A stretch of 36,536 nucleotides of DNA, from positions 1-36,536 of the forward strand of contig JAWALG010000008.1 of NCBI GenBank assembly GCA_038886995.1, given 5' to 3'. The number at the start of each line of letters is the position of its first letter. Within the stretch, counting starts at the first letter, position 1. This DNA comes from Candidatus Iainarchaeum sp. GTDB taxonomy: Archaea > Iainarchaeota > Iainarchaeia > Iainarchaeales > DTGL01. The notes under the pieces were generated by a model, which worked only from the letters and a program-made list of their open reading frames with translations, ran no database searches and had not been told where the DNA came from. A program made the position numbers and the translations under genes. Shown in pieces: positions 9,482-17,336 of this stretch.

Positions 9482-9868
9482 ATGGTTGAGGCCAAAAAGC
9501 AAAAAATACTTATAGTTGACGATAAGCAATCAGTTCGTGAAGCACTTAAAAAGAAATACGAGTGCATGGGCTTTGATGTCACTCTTGCTTCTTCTGTATC
9601 TGAGGCAAAAAAGGCCATAGGCAGTTTAAATTTTGATATCATACTAACAGACCTTTTCTTTAGGCGGCCAAAAAGCCCCATATCTCTCCCAAAGGGTATT
9701 TTCTTCTGCAAGTGGTGCCGCAAAAATGGATTCAAAGGAAAAATTATCCTTCACTCTACAGCCCTTCACCATCCTTACACAAGGCCTTTCTTTTTTTGGC
9801 TCAAGCCAATAGCCAGAAAGTACTCTTTTGAATTGCAGAAGAAAAGGCCAATCAGGAGAATCCATTAG
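9482..9868 (+). CDS. Stand-alone response-regulator receiver (CheY-like) domain protein
   Basis: KILIVDD, FDIILTD (phospho-acceptor Asp) and IILHST. The real start is ATG 9482, within the longer track ORF 9260-9868. Confidence 0.8.
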   Translation: MVEAKKQKILIVDDKQSVREALKKKYECMGFDVTLASSVSEAKKAIGSLNFDIILTDLFFRRPKSPISLPKGIFFCKWCRKNGFKGKIILHSTALHHPYTRPFFFWLKPIARKYSFELQKKRPIRRIH

Positions 9869-10248
9869 CTTTTCTCCGCTTTCCACAGCCCATGTATGTT
9901 GCAGTACTCTTTTGCGCCTAAAACTTTGCAGCTTACCTTAAATTCTGCCTGAGGTTTTTCACCTGGCTTTAGGAATTTCCTAAAGATCTCGTTTTCTGTT
10001 ACAATGGCTATCCATTCTATATAATGCGCTTGCTCCATTGGGTGAGGCACAGAACCAACTTTGACTTTGATACCCGACTTGCTTTTTTCTATTACCGGAA
10101 CATGCTTTTCTTGCCCAACGTCTTCAGTTTTTTCCTTAAGCAGATTCATTGGTTGGCCACAGCATACTAGTGTGCCTACACCACTATGCAAAATTTCCAC
10201 AATATTTCCACATACTGCACACTTATAAATTTCTCCCAACGCTGTCAT
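9865..10248 (-). CDS. dfx: Desulfoferrodoxin (2Fe superoxide reductase)
   Basis: YKCAVCGN...VCCGQPM desulforedoxin domain; EKHVP, HPM...HYIEWI and YCNIHGLW catalytic-site motifs. Confidence 0.96.
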   Translation of the reverse strand: MTALGEIYKCAVCGNIVEILHSGVGTLVCCGQPMNLLKEKTEDVGQEKHVPVIEKSKSGIKVKVGSVPHPMEQAHYIEWIAIVTENEIFRKFLKPGEKPQAEFKVSCKVLGAKEYCNIHGLWKAEKS

Positions 10249-10308
10249 TCAAAACACCTCATAATACCTATCTTACAAATTTTAAAAATACCTTTCGTCG
10301 CTTTGTTG

Positions 10309-11436
10309 TTACCCCAAATAGTCCTGTAGGAATTCAATAGTTTTATCAATTTCTTTTATTGCATAGCTTACTGCTCTGTGCTTGCTGTGGAACTTTGCTA
10401 TTTCTTCCCTTTGATTCTTTAAACCTTTTAGGATGTCGCTTAATAGCTCTTTTTGCGTTACTTGCTTTCCATACATGCTAATCCAGTCCCTTATTCCGCG
10501 AGAGGCCAAGCCCACAATATATATGCCTGCATAGAAAGATACCTCCGCATGTTCTGCCCTAGAAACTTTGTTTCTCATCTCTAGCAAGAAATTTTGTGCA
10601 TCTTTTACCGCATTTTCTAAAAGCGCCTTGTCTGAGAGTATCCTCTGAATGTTTCCTCGCCCAACAGGTTTTAGCTCTTCTTTAACAAGGCGCATTTCAA
10701 AGGTTTTCGGCCTAACTATGCTTGCCAGGGTAGTCAAAGCAAATACACTTGGCGTATTAGCCAGAACTTCTATGCCAAATATCTTAGCGTCTAGGTTTGA
10801 AGATTCTATAAATCTCTTTCTTATTATTTCAGGAAATGTTGCCGACCTGCTTGAGGACAGAATCCTTATCATTTCATTTCTCACTGATCTTTCAGGCGGT
10901 CTTTCCTCAAAAAGCTGGGCAACAATCCTTCTGACGCCAGTGGGGTATAAGTGTTGTATTGTCCTTAAAATTTCTATCTTCTCAGCAGCAGGTGTAACCT
11001 TTGAACGATAGAAGCTTAAAAGGGCATGCATGGGAACACTCTTTGCTGCTTCTATGTCAAGCCGGGCCTTTGGTGAAAACTTGGCTTCGAGCGCAGTGCT
11101 TGGTATTTGAATCTTTCTCATCTGTGCTATTATCTTCCTTCTTTTTAAGCTGGTGTCGGCACGCTCTAACTGTAGTGATAAAACAAGAATTTTATTTAGC
11201 GCCCTGTAGGTGGCCCTCTTGAATGCTGCAGAGCCGCCTCTTTCAATGACTTTTTTGCTCCAGAATTTCTGTTTTTCAGCCCAGCGTTGTTTTTCTATAT
11301 CCGCAATGATTTCGCGCCTTTGGTTTTTATCAACTATGCCGTATCTTGTTTCAAGGGTTTTTACTAGGCCTTTGAGGTGCACAGATGTAGCTTTATCAAC
11401 TCTCAACCTTCGGCTTGGCCTCTTCGGAGTAGGCAT
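10309..11436 (-). CDS. Hypothetical basic, alpha-helical protein (possible HEAT-like repeats)
   Basis: 375-aa ORF with an Arg/Pro-rich N-terminus and no recognisable catalytic motif. Confidence 0.7.
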   Translation of the reverse strand: MPTPKRPSRRLRVDKATSVHLKGLVKTLETRYGIVDKNQRREIIADIEKQRWAEKQKFWSKKVIERGGSAAFKRATYRALNKILVLSLQLERADTSLKRRKIIAQMRKIQIPSTALEAKFSPKARLDIEAAKSVPMHALLSFYRSKVTPAAEKIEILRTIQHLYPTGVRRIVAQLFEERPPERSVRNEMIRILSSSRSATFPEIIRKRFIESSNLDAKIFGIEVLANTPSVFALTTLASIVRPKTFEMRLVKEELKPVGRGNIQRILSDKALLENAVKDAQNFLLEMRNKVSRAEHAEVSFYAGIYIVGLASRGIRDWISMYGKQVTQKELLSDILKGLKNQREEIAKFHSKHRAVSYAIKEIDKTIEFLQDYLG

Positions 11437-11473
11437 AATGAGATTACGACTTTGTTATTTATATTTCTATTTT

Positions 11474-12388
11474 TCAATTTTTTGACATTGCATTTATTGC
11501 ATCGGAAAAAAGCTTGGCTACACTTACAACTCTTAGCTTTTTGAGTCTCCTTTTATTATCGCCTTGGGGTATGGTGTTAGTGACAATGACCTCTTTTATT
11601 GTTGCTTCTTTTAGTTTCTCAATGGCTTTTCCTGCAAGCACGCCGTGTGTGGCTGCAACATAAATGCCTCGAGCGCCCAAGCTCTTGAGCATGCTAGCAC
11701 CTTCGCATATCGTGCCAGCTGTGCTTATTATGTCATCAATTATTAGGCAGTTCAATCCATTCACGTCTCTGCTTATGCTCATTGCTTCAACTTCCGTAGC
11801 ACTTTTACGCTTTTTTTCGATAAAAGCTGTTTTTGCCCCAAGGGCTTTTGCATAACGCTTCGCGTTTCTTAATGCACCTTTGTCAGGAGCCACTATGCAC
11901 AGGTTCTTAATATTTCTTTTTTTGAAGAATTCTGCTAACGCAGGATACGCATGCAGATGCACTTTTTTCATTTTTATGGCTTTTTCAACAGCCTTTGAGT
12001 GCAAGTCCATGGTTATTATAGAGTCAGCGCCAGCTGACTTGAGAAGTTTTGCAACAAGGGCAGCAGTTACTGGCTCTCCTGGCTTTGCTTGTCTGTCTTG
12101 TCTGGCATAGCCGTAGTATGGGATTACCGCGGTGACTTTTTTAGCGCCAGAGTTTTTTGCAGCATCTATCGCAATCAGCAACTCCATTAAGTTTTCGTTT
12201 GCAGGGCAATGTGTTGATTGAATGATGAAAACATGTTTATCAGTAGGCGGCTCTTCAAACCTGCAATATGACTCAAAATCAGGGAACCTAGAAAAAGAGA
12301 GCTTTCCAAGCTTGGTTTTCATGCATTTTGCCATTTCTCTTGCAAGCTCTGGATTGCTGTTTCCAGCAACCAAAAGCACTCTTCCCAA
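11474..12388 (-). CDS. prs: Ribose-phosphate pyrophosphokinase
   Basis: FPDFE, PYYGYARQDR, MDLH, VAPDKGA, IIDDIISTAGT, ATHG and TNTIP motifs. Likely start is TTG 12388 after GGTGG; the track ORF is over-extended. Confidence 0.96.
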   Translation of the reverse strand: MGRVLLVAGNSNPELAREMAKCMKTKLGKLSFSRFPDFESYCRFEEPPTDKHVFIIQSTHCPANENLMELLIAIDAAKNSGAKKVTAVIPYYGYARQDRQAKPGEPVTAALVAKLLKSAGADSIITMDLHSKAVEKAIKMKKVHLHAYPALAEFFKKRNIKNLCIVAPDKGALRNAKRYAKALGAKTAFIEKKRKSATEVEAMSISRDVNGLNCLIIDDIISTAGTICEGASMLKSLGARGIYVAATHGVLAGKAIEKLKEATIKEVIVTNTIPQGDNKRRLKKLRVVSVAKLFSDAINAMSKN

Positions 12389-12532
12389 AACCACCACCAA
12401 TAATATTTGATTTAAAATAAATTTAATGCTTTCGTATACTCGCTTTTTAAAATTATCCTGGATTATTGGATTTTTGCGTTGACACAATATTTTAATAACT
12501 TTTTCATAATTGTGTGTTTAGGGGGCATAAAT

Positions 12533-13804
12533 ATGATTGAAAGCGTGAGAGCCATCCAAATCCTCGATAGTAGGGGGAACCCAACTATAGAGTGTGAAAT
12601 AGTTTGTTCTAAAGGTACTGAACGGGCATCAGTTGCAAGTGGAGCTTCCACTGGAAGCTTTGAGGCAATTGAGCTTAGAGACAATGAAAAGGCATTTCGC
12701 GGCAAGGGCGTACTTAAAGCAGTAAACAACATAAACAAGATTATTGCACCGAAGCTTGTAAAGAAGGACCCATCAAAGCAGCGCGAACTTGACGAGATGT
12801 TGGTAAAACTTGATGGTACCCCAAATAAGTCAAAATTAGGTGCTAATGCCATTACAGCAACATCGCTAGCAATTGCGAGGGCCGGCTCACTGGAGAAAGG
12901 CATGCAGCTTTTCGACTATATAGCGGAGCTTAGCGGTGCTAAAATTCTCTACTTGCCTGTGCCGCAATTCAATGTTATAAATGGTGGCAAACACGCTGGA
13001 CTGAAAAACGACCCTCAAGAACACATGATAATGCCTATAAAATTCAATACATATGCTGAGGCCTTACAGGCCGGCTGTGAAATATACTATATTTTGAGGG
13101 ATTTGCTTAAGCAGAAGTTTGGCCCAAGGGCAACGCTTTTAGCTGATGAAGGTGGTTTTGCGCCGCCTATTGATAATGTTAACCAGCGCCTTGAGCTCAT
13201 TGAAAAGGCCATCGAAGAGTCAGGTTACAGTGGCAAAATTTTCATTGCTCTGGATCCGGCAGCGTCTGAGTTTTTCTACAAGGGCACTTATGTGCTAGGT
13301 GATGCAGAAAAGAGCCCAGGCCAGATGGTTGACTTCTATGAAAACCTTGTAAAGAGTTTCAAAATATTTTCAATTGAAGATGGCCTAGCTGAAGAGGACT
13401 GGGATGGCTGGGTTGAACTCACAGCAAAGCTCGGGAACAAGGTTCAGATTGTTGGTGATGACCTGCTTGTGACAAATGTAGAGCGCATAAGAAAGGCCTT
13501 GGAGATTAAGGCATGCAACGCACTATTGCTAAAAGTGAACCAAATAGGAACGCTATCTGAAGCTATAGATGCTGCTAAGCTTGCATTCGAGCATGGCTGG
13601 GAAGTTGTAGTTTCTCACCGAAGTGGAGAAACTTGTGATCCTTTCATTGCAAGTTTAGTTGTAGGCCTCGGAGCCAAGCAGTGTAAGTTTGGAGCGCCAG
13701 CAAGGGCTGAGCGCACAGCAAAATACAACAACCTTCTGCGCATCGAGGAACTCTTGCAAGAACGTGGCACAGCAAAATACGCAGGTAAATATCTTAAGGC
13801 ATGA
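12533..13804 (+). CDS. eno: Enolase
   Basis: ILDSRGNPT, SGASTG, LGANA, DEGGFAP, GDDLLVTN, LLKVNQIG and SHRSGET motifs. ATG at 12533. Confidence 0.98.
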   Translation: MIESVRAIQILDSRGNPTIECEIVCSKGTERASVASGASTGSFEAIELRDNEKAFRGKGVLKAVNNINKIIAPKLVKKDPSKQRELDEMLVKLDGTPNKSKLGANAITATSLAIARAGSLEKGMQLFDYIAELSGAKILYLPVPQFNVINGGKHAGLKNDPQEHMIMPIKFNTYAEALQAGCEIYYILRDLLKQKFGPRATLLADEGGFAPPIDNVNQRLELIEKAIEESGYSGKIFIALDPAASEFFYKGTYVLGDAEKSPGQMVDFYENLVKSFKIFSIEDGLAEEDWDGWVELTAKLGNKVQIVGDDLLVTNVERIRKALEIKACNALLLKVNQIGTLSEAIDAAKLAFEHGWEVVVSHRSGETCDPFIASLVVGLGAKQCKFGAPARAERTAKYNNLLRIEELLQERGTAKYAGKYLKA

Positions 13805-14229
13805 TTTCTTTGCAGTTGCAAAGAGGCATTTATGTTTTAGTGCTTAGTGTTGGCAAAAATAGTGCAATTAAGGTTGGCGCGTTGGGAAAATTGTTTTTTA
13901 AAAAAGGCACATATGCCTATGTGGGGTCTGCTCAATCAGGTCTTGAAAATCGAATTAGAAGGCACTTGTCAAAGCGCAAGAGAAAATTTTGGCATATTGA
14001 CTACATTCTTTCCGGAAATAAGGCAAAAGTGCTCTGCGTTTACTGCAAAGAAGCTACAAAATCCGAGGAATGCCGAATAGCATCTTTGCTTTCCAGGAAG
14101 TATGCTTTCATTGATGGCTTTGGATGTTCTGACTGCAAGTGCCCTTCACACTTATTCTTTTTTGGTGATTTAGATCTCAAAGAAATTTTTTCAGGCCTTG
14201 GTTTTAAAAAATATTGGGAAAAACGTTAG
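13801..14229 (+). CDS. GIY-YIG (Uri) endonuclease family protein, DUF123
   Basis: GIYVL...YAYVGSA...RIRRH...WHIDY...EC...GFGCSDCKCPSHLF. ATGA overlap with eno. Confidence 0.9.
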   Translation: MISLQLQRGIYVLVLSVGKNSAIKVGALGKLFFKKGTYAYVGSAQSGLENRIRRHLSKRKRKFWHIDYILSGNKAKVLCVYCKEATKSEECRIASLLSRKYAFIDGFGCSDCKCPSHLFFFGDLDLKEIFSGLGFKKYWEKR

Positions 14230-14267
14230 TTAAATAAACATTTCGCTAATTTCTCTATGCGGTAGTT

Positions 14268-14396
14268 ATGGAAGAAACCTCCTCCCTCCAAGAGAAAAGA
14301 AAGGCAAAGCCAAGGGTTGATTTGACTCTTGAAGAATGGATTAAAGAAGAGCTTGAAGAAGAAATGGCTGACTGCTGCGTTGGGGAAGCGTCATAA
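14268..14396 (+). CDS. Small acidic protein, 42 aa (not in the ORF track)
   Basis: ATG 14268 to TAA 14396: MEETSSLQEKRKAKPRVDLTLEEWIKEELEEEMADCCVGEAS. It is purine-rich with coding-like composition and fills the intergenic gap. Confidence 0.55.
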   Translation: MEETSSLQEKRKAKPRVDLTLEEWIKEELEEEMADCCVGEAS

Positions 14397-14474
14397 ACAA
14401 TATATTTCAACGCCTGGCTTGCTTCAATGTAGCCAAAAATTTAATCTTCCAACAATTGCATTCTTCACATTTTT

Positions 14475-15860
14475 TTATTTCTTATATAATTTGTTTATAA
14501 TATACTCTGCTACATGTTCTTTGTATCCCATTTCAAGCATAACTTTCCTAAGCTGCTCTGGTTGGTACTTTGCCTTAGTTGGCTCTAAAGCAGCTATTGC
14601 CCTTTCAATTGTCTTTAAGTCAGCTTCGCTTAATTCCTCCTTTTTAGTATCTGTTTCCTTTGCTTCTACTATTTCCATCTTTTTATCAGAAGTTACTTCA
14701 AACTTATCTTTACTTTCTGCAATTGTACTCTCTGGTTTGGGCTTTTCAGAGGCCGCCACATATGGCTTTGTCTCTACGAAAACATCGTTTTCTTTTGGCA
14801 GCGGCTTTGATGCTGGACTAGTAATTTCCCCACCAGCGAAAAACGTCTTTTTTGGCTTGGCGCTTTCTCTTTCCGTGCCAAGAGTTGATTTCCCCGGAAG
14901 CTCTTCTTTTTTTGCCCATGTTACGAGTTCTTTCTCACGCTTTACACTTAAACCTTCTTTTTCTGATTTTATTTTCATCCTTACAAATGCTGCAACTATT
15001 AAAATTCCGATAAGCCCTATTATTATAGCAACTAGCCAAAACAAGTCGTTGGGCTTTATTGGCAACTCAGTGCCAAATAAGTTAACTGAGTTTTTATCAG
15101 TTTTTCCTTCAGTTGGTGTTGGTGATATTTTCTTTGCAGTTGCTGTTTGTGTTACTGCTGGTGCAGGGGTTGAAATCATGGGCCTAAAAGTAACATAAAT
15201 CTCAGAATCTCTTATCTTGTTCGCGTCTTTTATTACATAATAATTACCATCTTTTTCGTGGTATGTAGGTATCATCTGGATTAATTTGCCTTCAACCAGA
15301 AACTTCATCTTTTTTACTGCTTCTTTTGGCCTTGGAATTTTTACAATTATTATATTCTCCCTTTTTTCAATTTTAGCGAAATATTCTTTTTTGTTAATAG
15401 CGCTTAAACCTTTGTTTATAGTTTCAATGTCTTCAGGACTCCACTTTGCAAAGTAATTTACATCTGCCGTGTTACCATCAGGATTTGCCTTTAATTTGCA
15501 CTCAATTACCCTAATCATTACTTTGTAAGCTTCGCCAATATCTGTCAAAATTCTCTTATTGTTTTCGTCTGTCTCTGGCGCTTGAATGAGTCTTTCCATA
15601 GAATCTAGTAATTCTTGAATAGTTTTTCTTTGTTCTGAGGTACAATCTCTTTCCCAAGCGGAAATAACTTGTGCCTTATCCTCTAAAGATTCACTTATCA
15701 CAACGTTTTCTGTGCTTTTTGTAATGATTGTTCCATCTGCCTTTAATTCGTAAATCTTCTCGTAAGAAAACTGGGTTTTGAATGGCATATCAGCATTAGC
15801 AAAAACAGCAGATATTGAAATAAACAAAATTAGACAGATATTCTTAATTTTTATATCCAT
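14475..15860 (-). CDS. Single-pass membrane surface protein with a long charged cytoplasmic tail
   Basis: Signal peptide from ATG 15860 (MDIKIKNICLILFISISAVFA), Pro/Thr linker, TM helix, Lys/Glu-rich tail and a terminal helical module (LRKVMLEMGY). Confidence 0.8.
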   Translation of the reverse strand: MDIKIKNICLILFISISAVFANADMPFKTQFSYEKIYELKADGTIITKSTENVVISESLEDKAQVISAWERDCTSEQRKTIQELLDSMERLIQAPETDENNKRILTDIGEAYKVMIRVIECKLKANPDGNTADVNYFAKWSPEDIETINKGLSAINKKEYFAKIEKRENIIIVKIPRPKEAVKKMKFLVEGKLIQMIPTYHEKDGNYYVIKDANKIRDSEIYVTFRPMISTPAPAVTQTATAKKISPTPTEGKTDKNSVNLFGTELPIKPNDLFWLVAIIIGLIGILIVAAFVRMKIKSEKEGLSVKREKELVTWAKKEELPGKSTLGTERESAKPKKTFFAGGEITSPASKPLPKENDVFVETKPYVAASEKPKPESTIAESKDKFEVTSDKKMEIVEAKETDTKKEELSEADLKTIERAIAALEPTKAKYQPEQLRKVMLEMGYKEHVAEYIINKLYKK

Positions 15861-15953
15861 CACAAAACCTTTTTGCAAACTTTTTTCCATATGCAGGCAT
15901 TACCAAACTTCATATAAGATTACTTTTACATATTTAAAAAAGTATCTGTTTAG

Positions 15954-17336
15954 GTGAATCCTGCTTTCAGATCAATTTTTACTGATTGCTTTTCCGAAAA
16001 GACATATTTAAAAAAGATAAGGTTAAAAGTTAATACAAAGCCCTTCATATATTTTCGCAAAATATTAATAGTGATGCTACTTTCAGTATTTGCCGTATTG
16101 GCTTCTGCCCAGTTTCCACAGCCAACTTTTCCAACACCTAACTTTCCAGAGAGTGCTTTTCCAACACCAGACTTAAATCTGCCTGGCGGTGTGCCAGGGA
16201 TGCCAGGCACAATGCCAGGGTTGCCCGGGACACTGCCTGATCTAAACTTACCTGGGGGTATGCCAGGTTTCCCAGGTGGTGATTTCAACCTTCCCGGTGG
16301 TATGCCAGGTTTCCCAGGTGGTGATTTCAACCTTCCCGGTGGTATGCCAGGTTTCCCCGGAGGCAGCATGCCAGGTTTCCCAGGTGGTGATTTCAACCTT
16401 CCCGGTGGTATGCCAGGTTTCCCCGGAGGCAGCATGCCAGGTTTCCCAGGTGGTGATTTCAACCTTCCCGGTGGTATGCCAGGTTTCCCAGGTGGTGATT
16501 TCAATCTCCCAGGAAGTATGCCAGGGCTGCCAGGCGCCCCTGGAGGAGCTGGAGGAATTGCCTTACCAAATATGAAAATTGATTTTGCTTTGCAAAACTT
16601 ATTGTCTGAATATAAAGCTGGAAAATCTTTGGAAGTCGCTGCTCGGAACTTAGGTATAAAGGTAAGCAAGAATTCTGTTTTAGTTTCAGTAATGGCAGAC
16701 AGCAATTTTAATCCTCAAAGATGGGGAATGACTGACATTAATGAAGAAAAATCTGGGCAACTTTCTTTGTATACTGGTTATGTTGCAGTTGATAAAATAG
16801 AAAAAATGAGCGATGATAAAAGTGTGAATTACATAATGGCTGCAAGATTGCCAGGTGAGGTAATTCATGAGATAATATCAATTAAGTTGTCGCCAGATCT
16901 TCTTGCAATAGTAAACTGCATGAAGCATTTCAAGGAAAAATGTGATGTTGCGACCATTGCGAGTGAAAATTCCCTTGACTATAAAAATGGCTCTGTGCTG
17001 GTTTATATCACAACTAAAAATAATGCTAAGCCATGCGTTGAAACAAACATAGTTGAAGAAATTCCTGATAAGGTTGATCCAACCATAAAAACTTTCAAAG
17101 GTTATGTGCCAGTTGCAAAGCTTGAAGATTTATCAAATTGTGCTGATGTTGATTTTGTAAGCGGTGTGGTAGTAACCGGCATAAAGCTTGGCATATGTTG
17201 CATATTGCTTCTAATAATTGCAGCTTTATTTACAATTTACCTTATATTCTTTGTATACCTTAGAAAAAGGGAAAAGGAAAAGGTAGACAAATTGTGGAAT
17301 TTGCTGGCTCTGAAAAGACAGAAGGGGGAGCAATGA
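15954..17336 (+). CDS. Membrane-anchored surface protein: Gly/Pro-rich tandem repeat + two subtilase-propeptide-like domains
   Basis: Signal peptide ([18 protein letters not shown]), PGGMPGFP repeats, two similar alpha/beta domains and a C-terminal TM helix followed by RKREKEK. The start is uncertain (GTG 15954 or ATG 16074). Confidence 0.8.
   Translation: MNPAFRSIFTDCFSEKTYLKKIRLKVNTKPFIYFRKILIVMLLSVFAVLASAQFPQPTFPTPNFPESAFPTPDLNLPGGVPGMPGTMPGLPGTLPDLNLPGGMPGFPGGDFNLPGGMPGFPGGDFNLPGGMPGFPGGSMPGFPGGDFNLPGGMPGFPGGSMPGFPGGDFNLPGGMPGFPGGDFNLPGSMPGLPGAPGGAGGIALPNMKIDFALQNLLSEYKAGKSLEVAARNLGIKVSKNSVLVSVMADSNFNPQRWGMTDINEEKSGQLSLYTGYVAVDKIEKMSDDKSVNYIMAARLPGEVIHEIISIKLSPDLLAIVNCMKHFKEKCDVATIASENSLDYKNGSVLVYITTKNNAKPCVETNIVEEIPDKVDPTIKTFKGYVPVAKLEDLSNCADVDFVSGVVVTGIKLGICCILLLIIAALFTIYLIFFVYLRKREKEKVDKLWNLLALKRQKGEQ
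16257..16525 (+). repeat. Coding tandem repeat: 42-nt unit ([14 protein letters not shown]) interleaved with 24-nt unit (GGSMPGFP)
   Basis: Five copies of GGDFNLPG and two of GGSMPGFP, nearly identical at nucleotide level (ggtggtgatttcaaccttcccggtggtatgccaggtttccc). Confidence 0.95.

Noticed and set aside
13801-14229. Homing endonuclease or mobile intron
   Set aside because: It matches the ordinary archaeal DUF123 family, and no interrupted gene flanks it.
14329-15198. 289-aa + strand ORF
   Set aside because: Antisense to the surface-protein gene 14475-15860, with Ser/Phe-rich shadow composition.
16257-16525. CRISPR array
   Set aside because: The repeats are contiguous, have lengths divisible by three, lack unique spacers, lie inside a CDS, and no cas genes are nearby.
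15950-16705. Minus-strand Pro/Gly repeat ORF
   Set aside because: Antisense shadow of the + strand repeat gene, which has the signal peptide and anchor.
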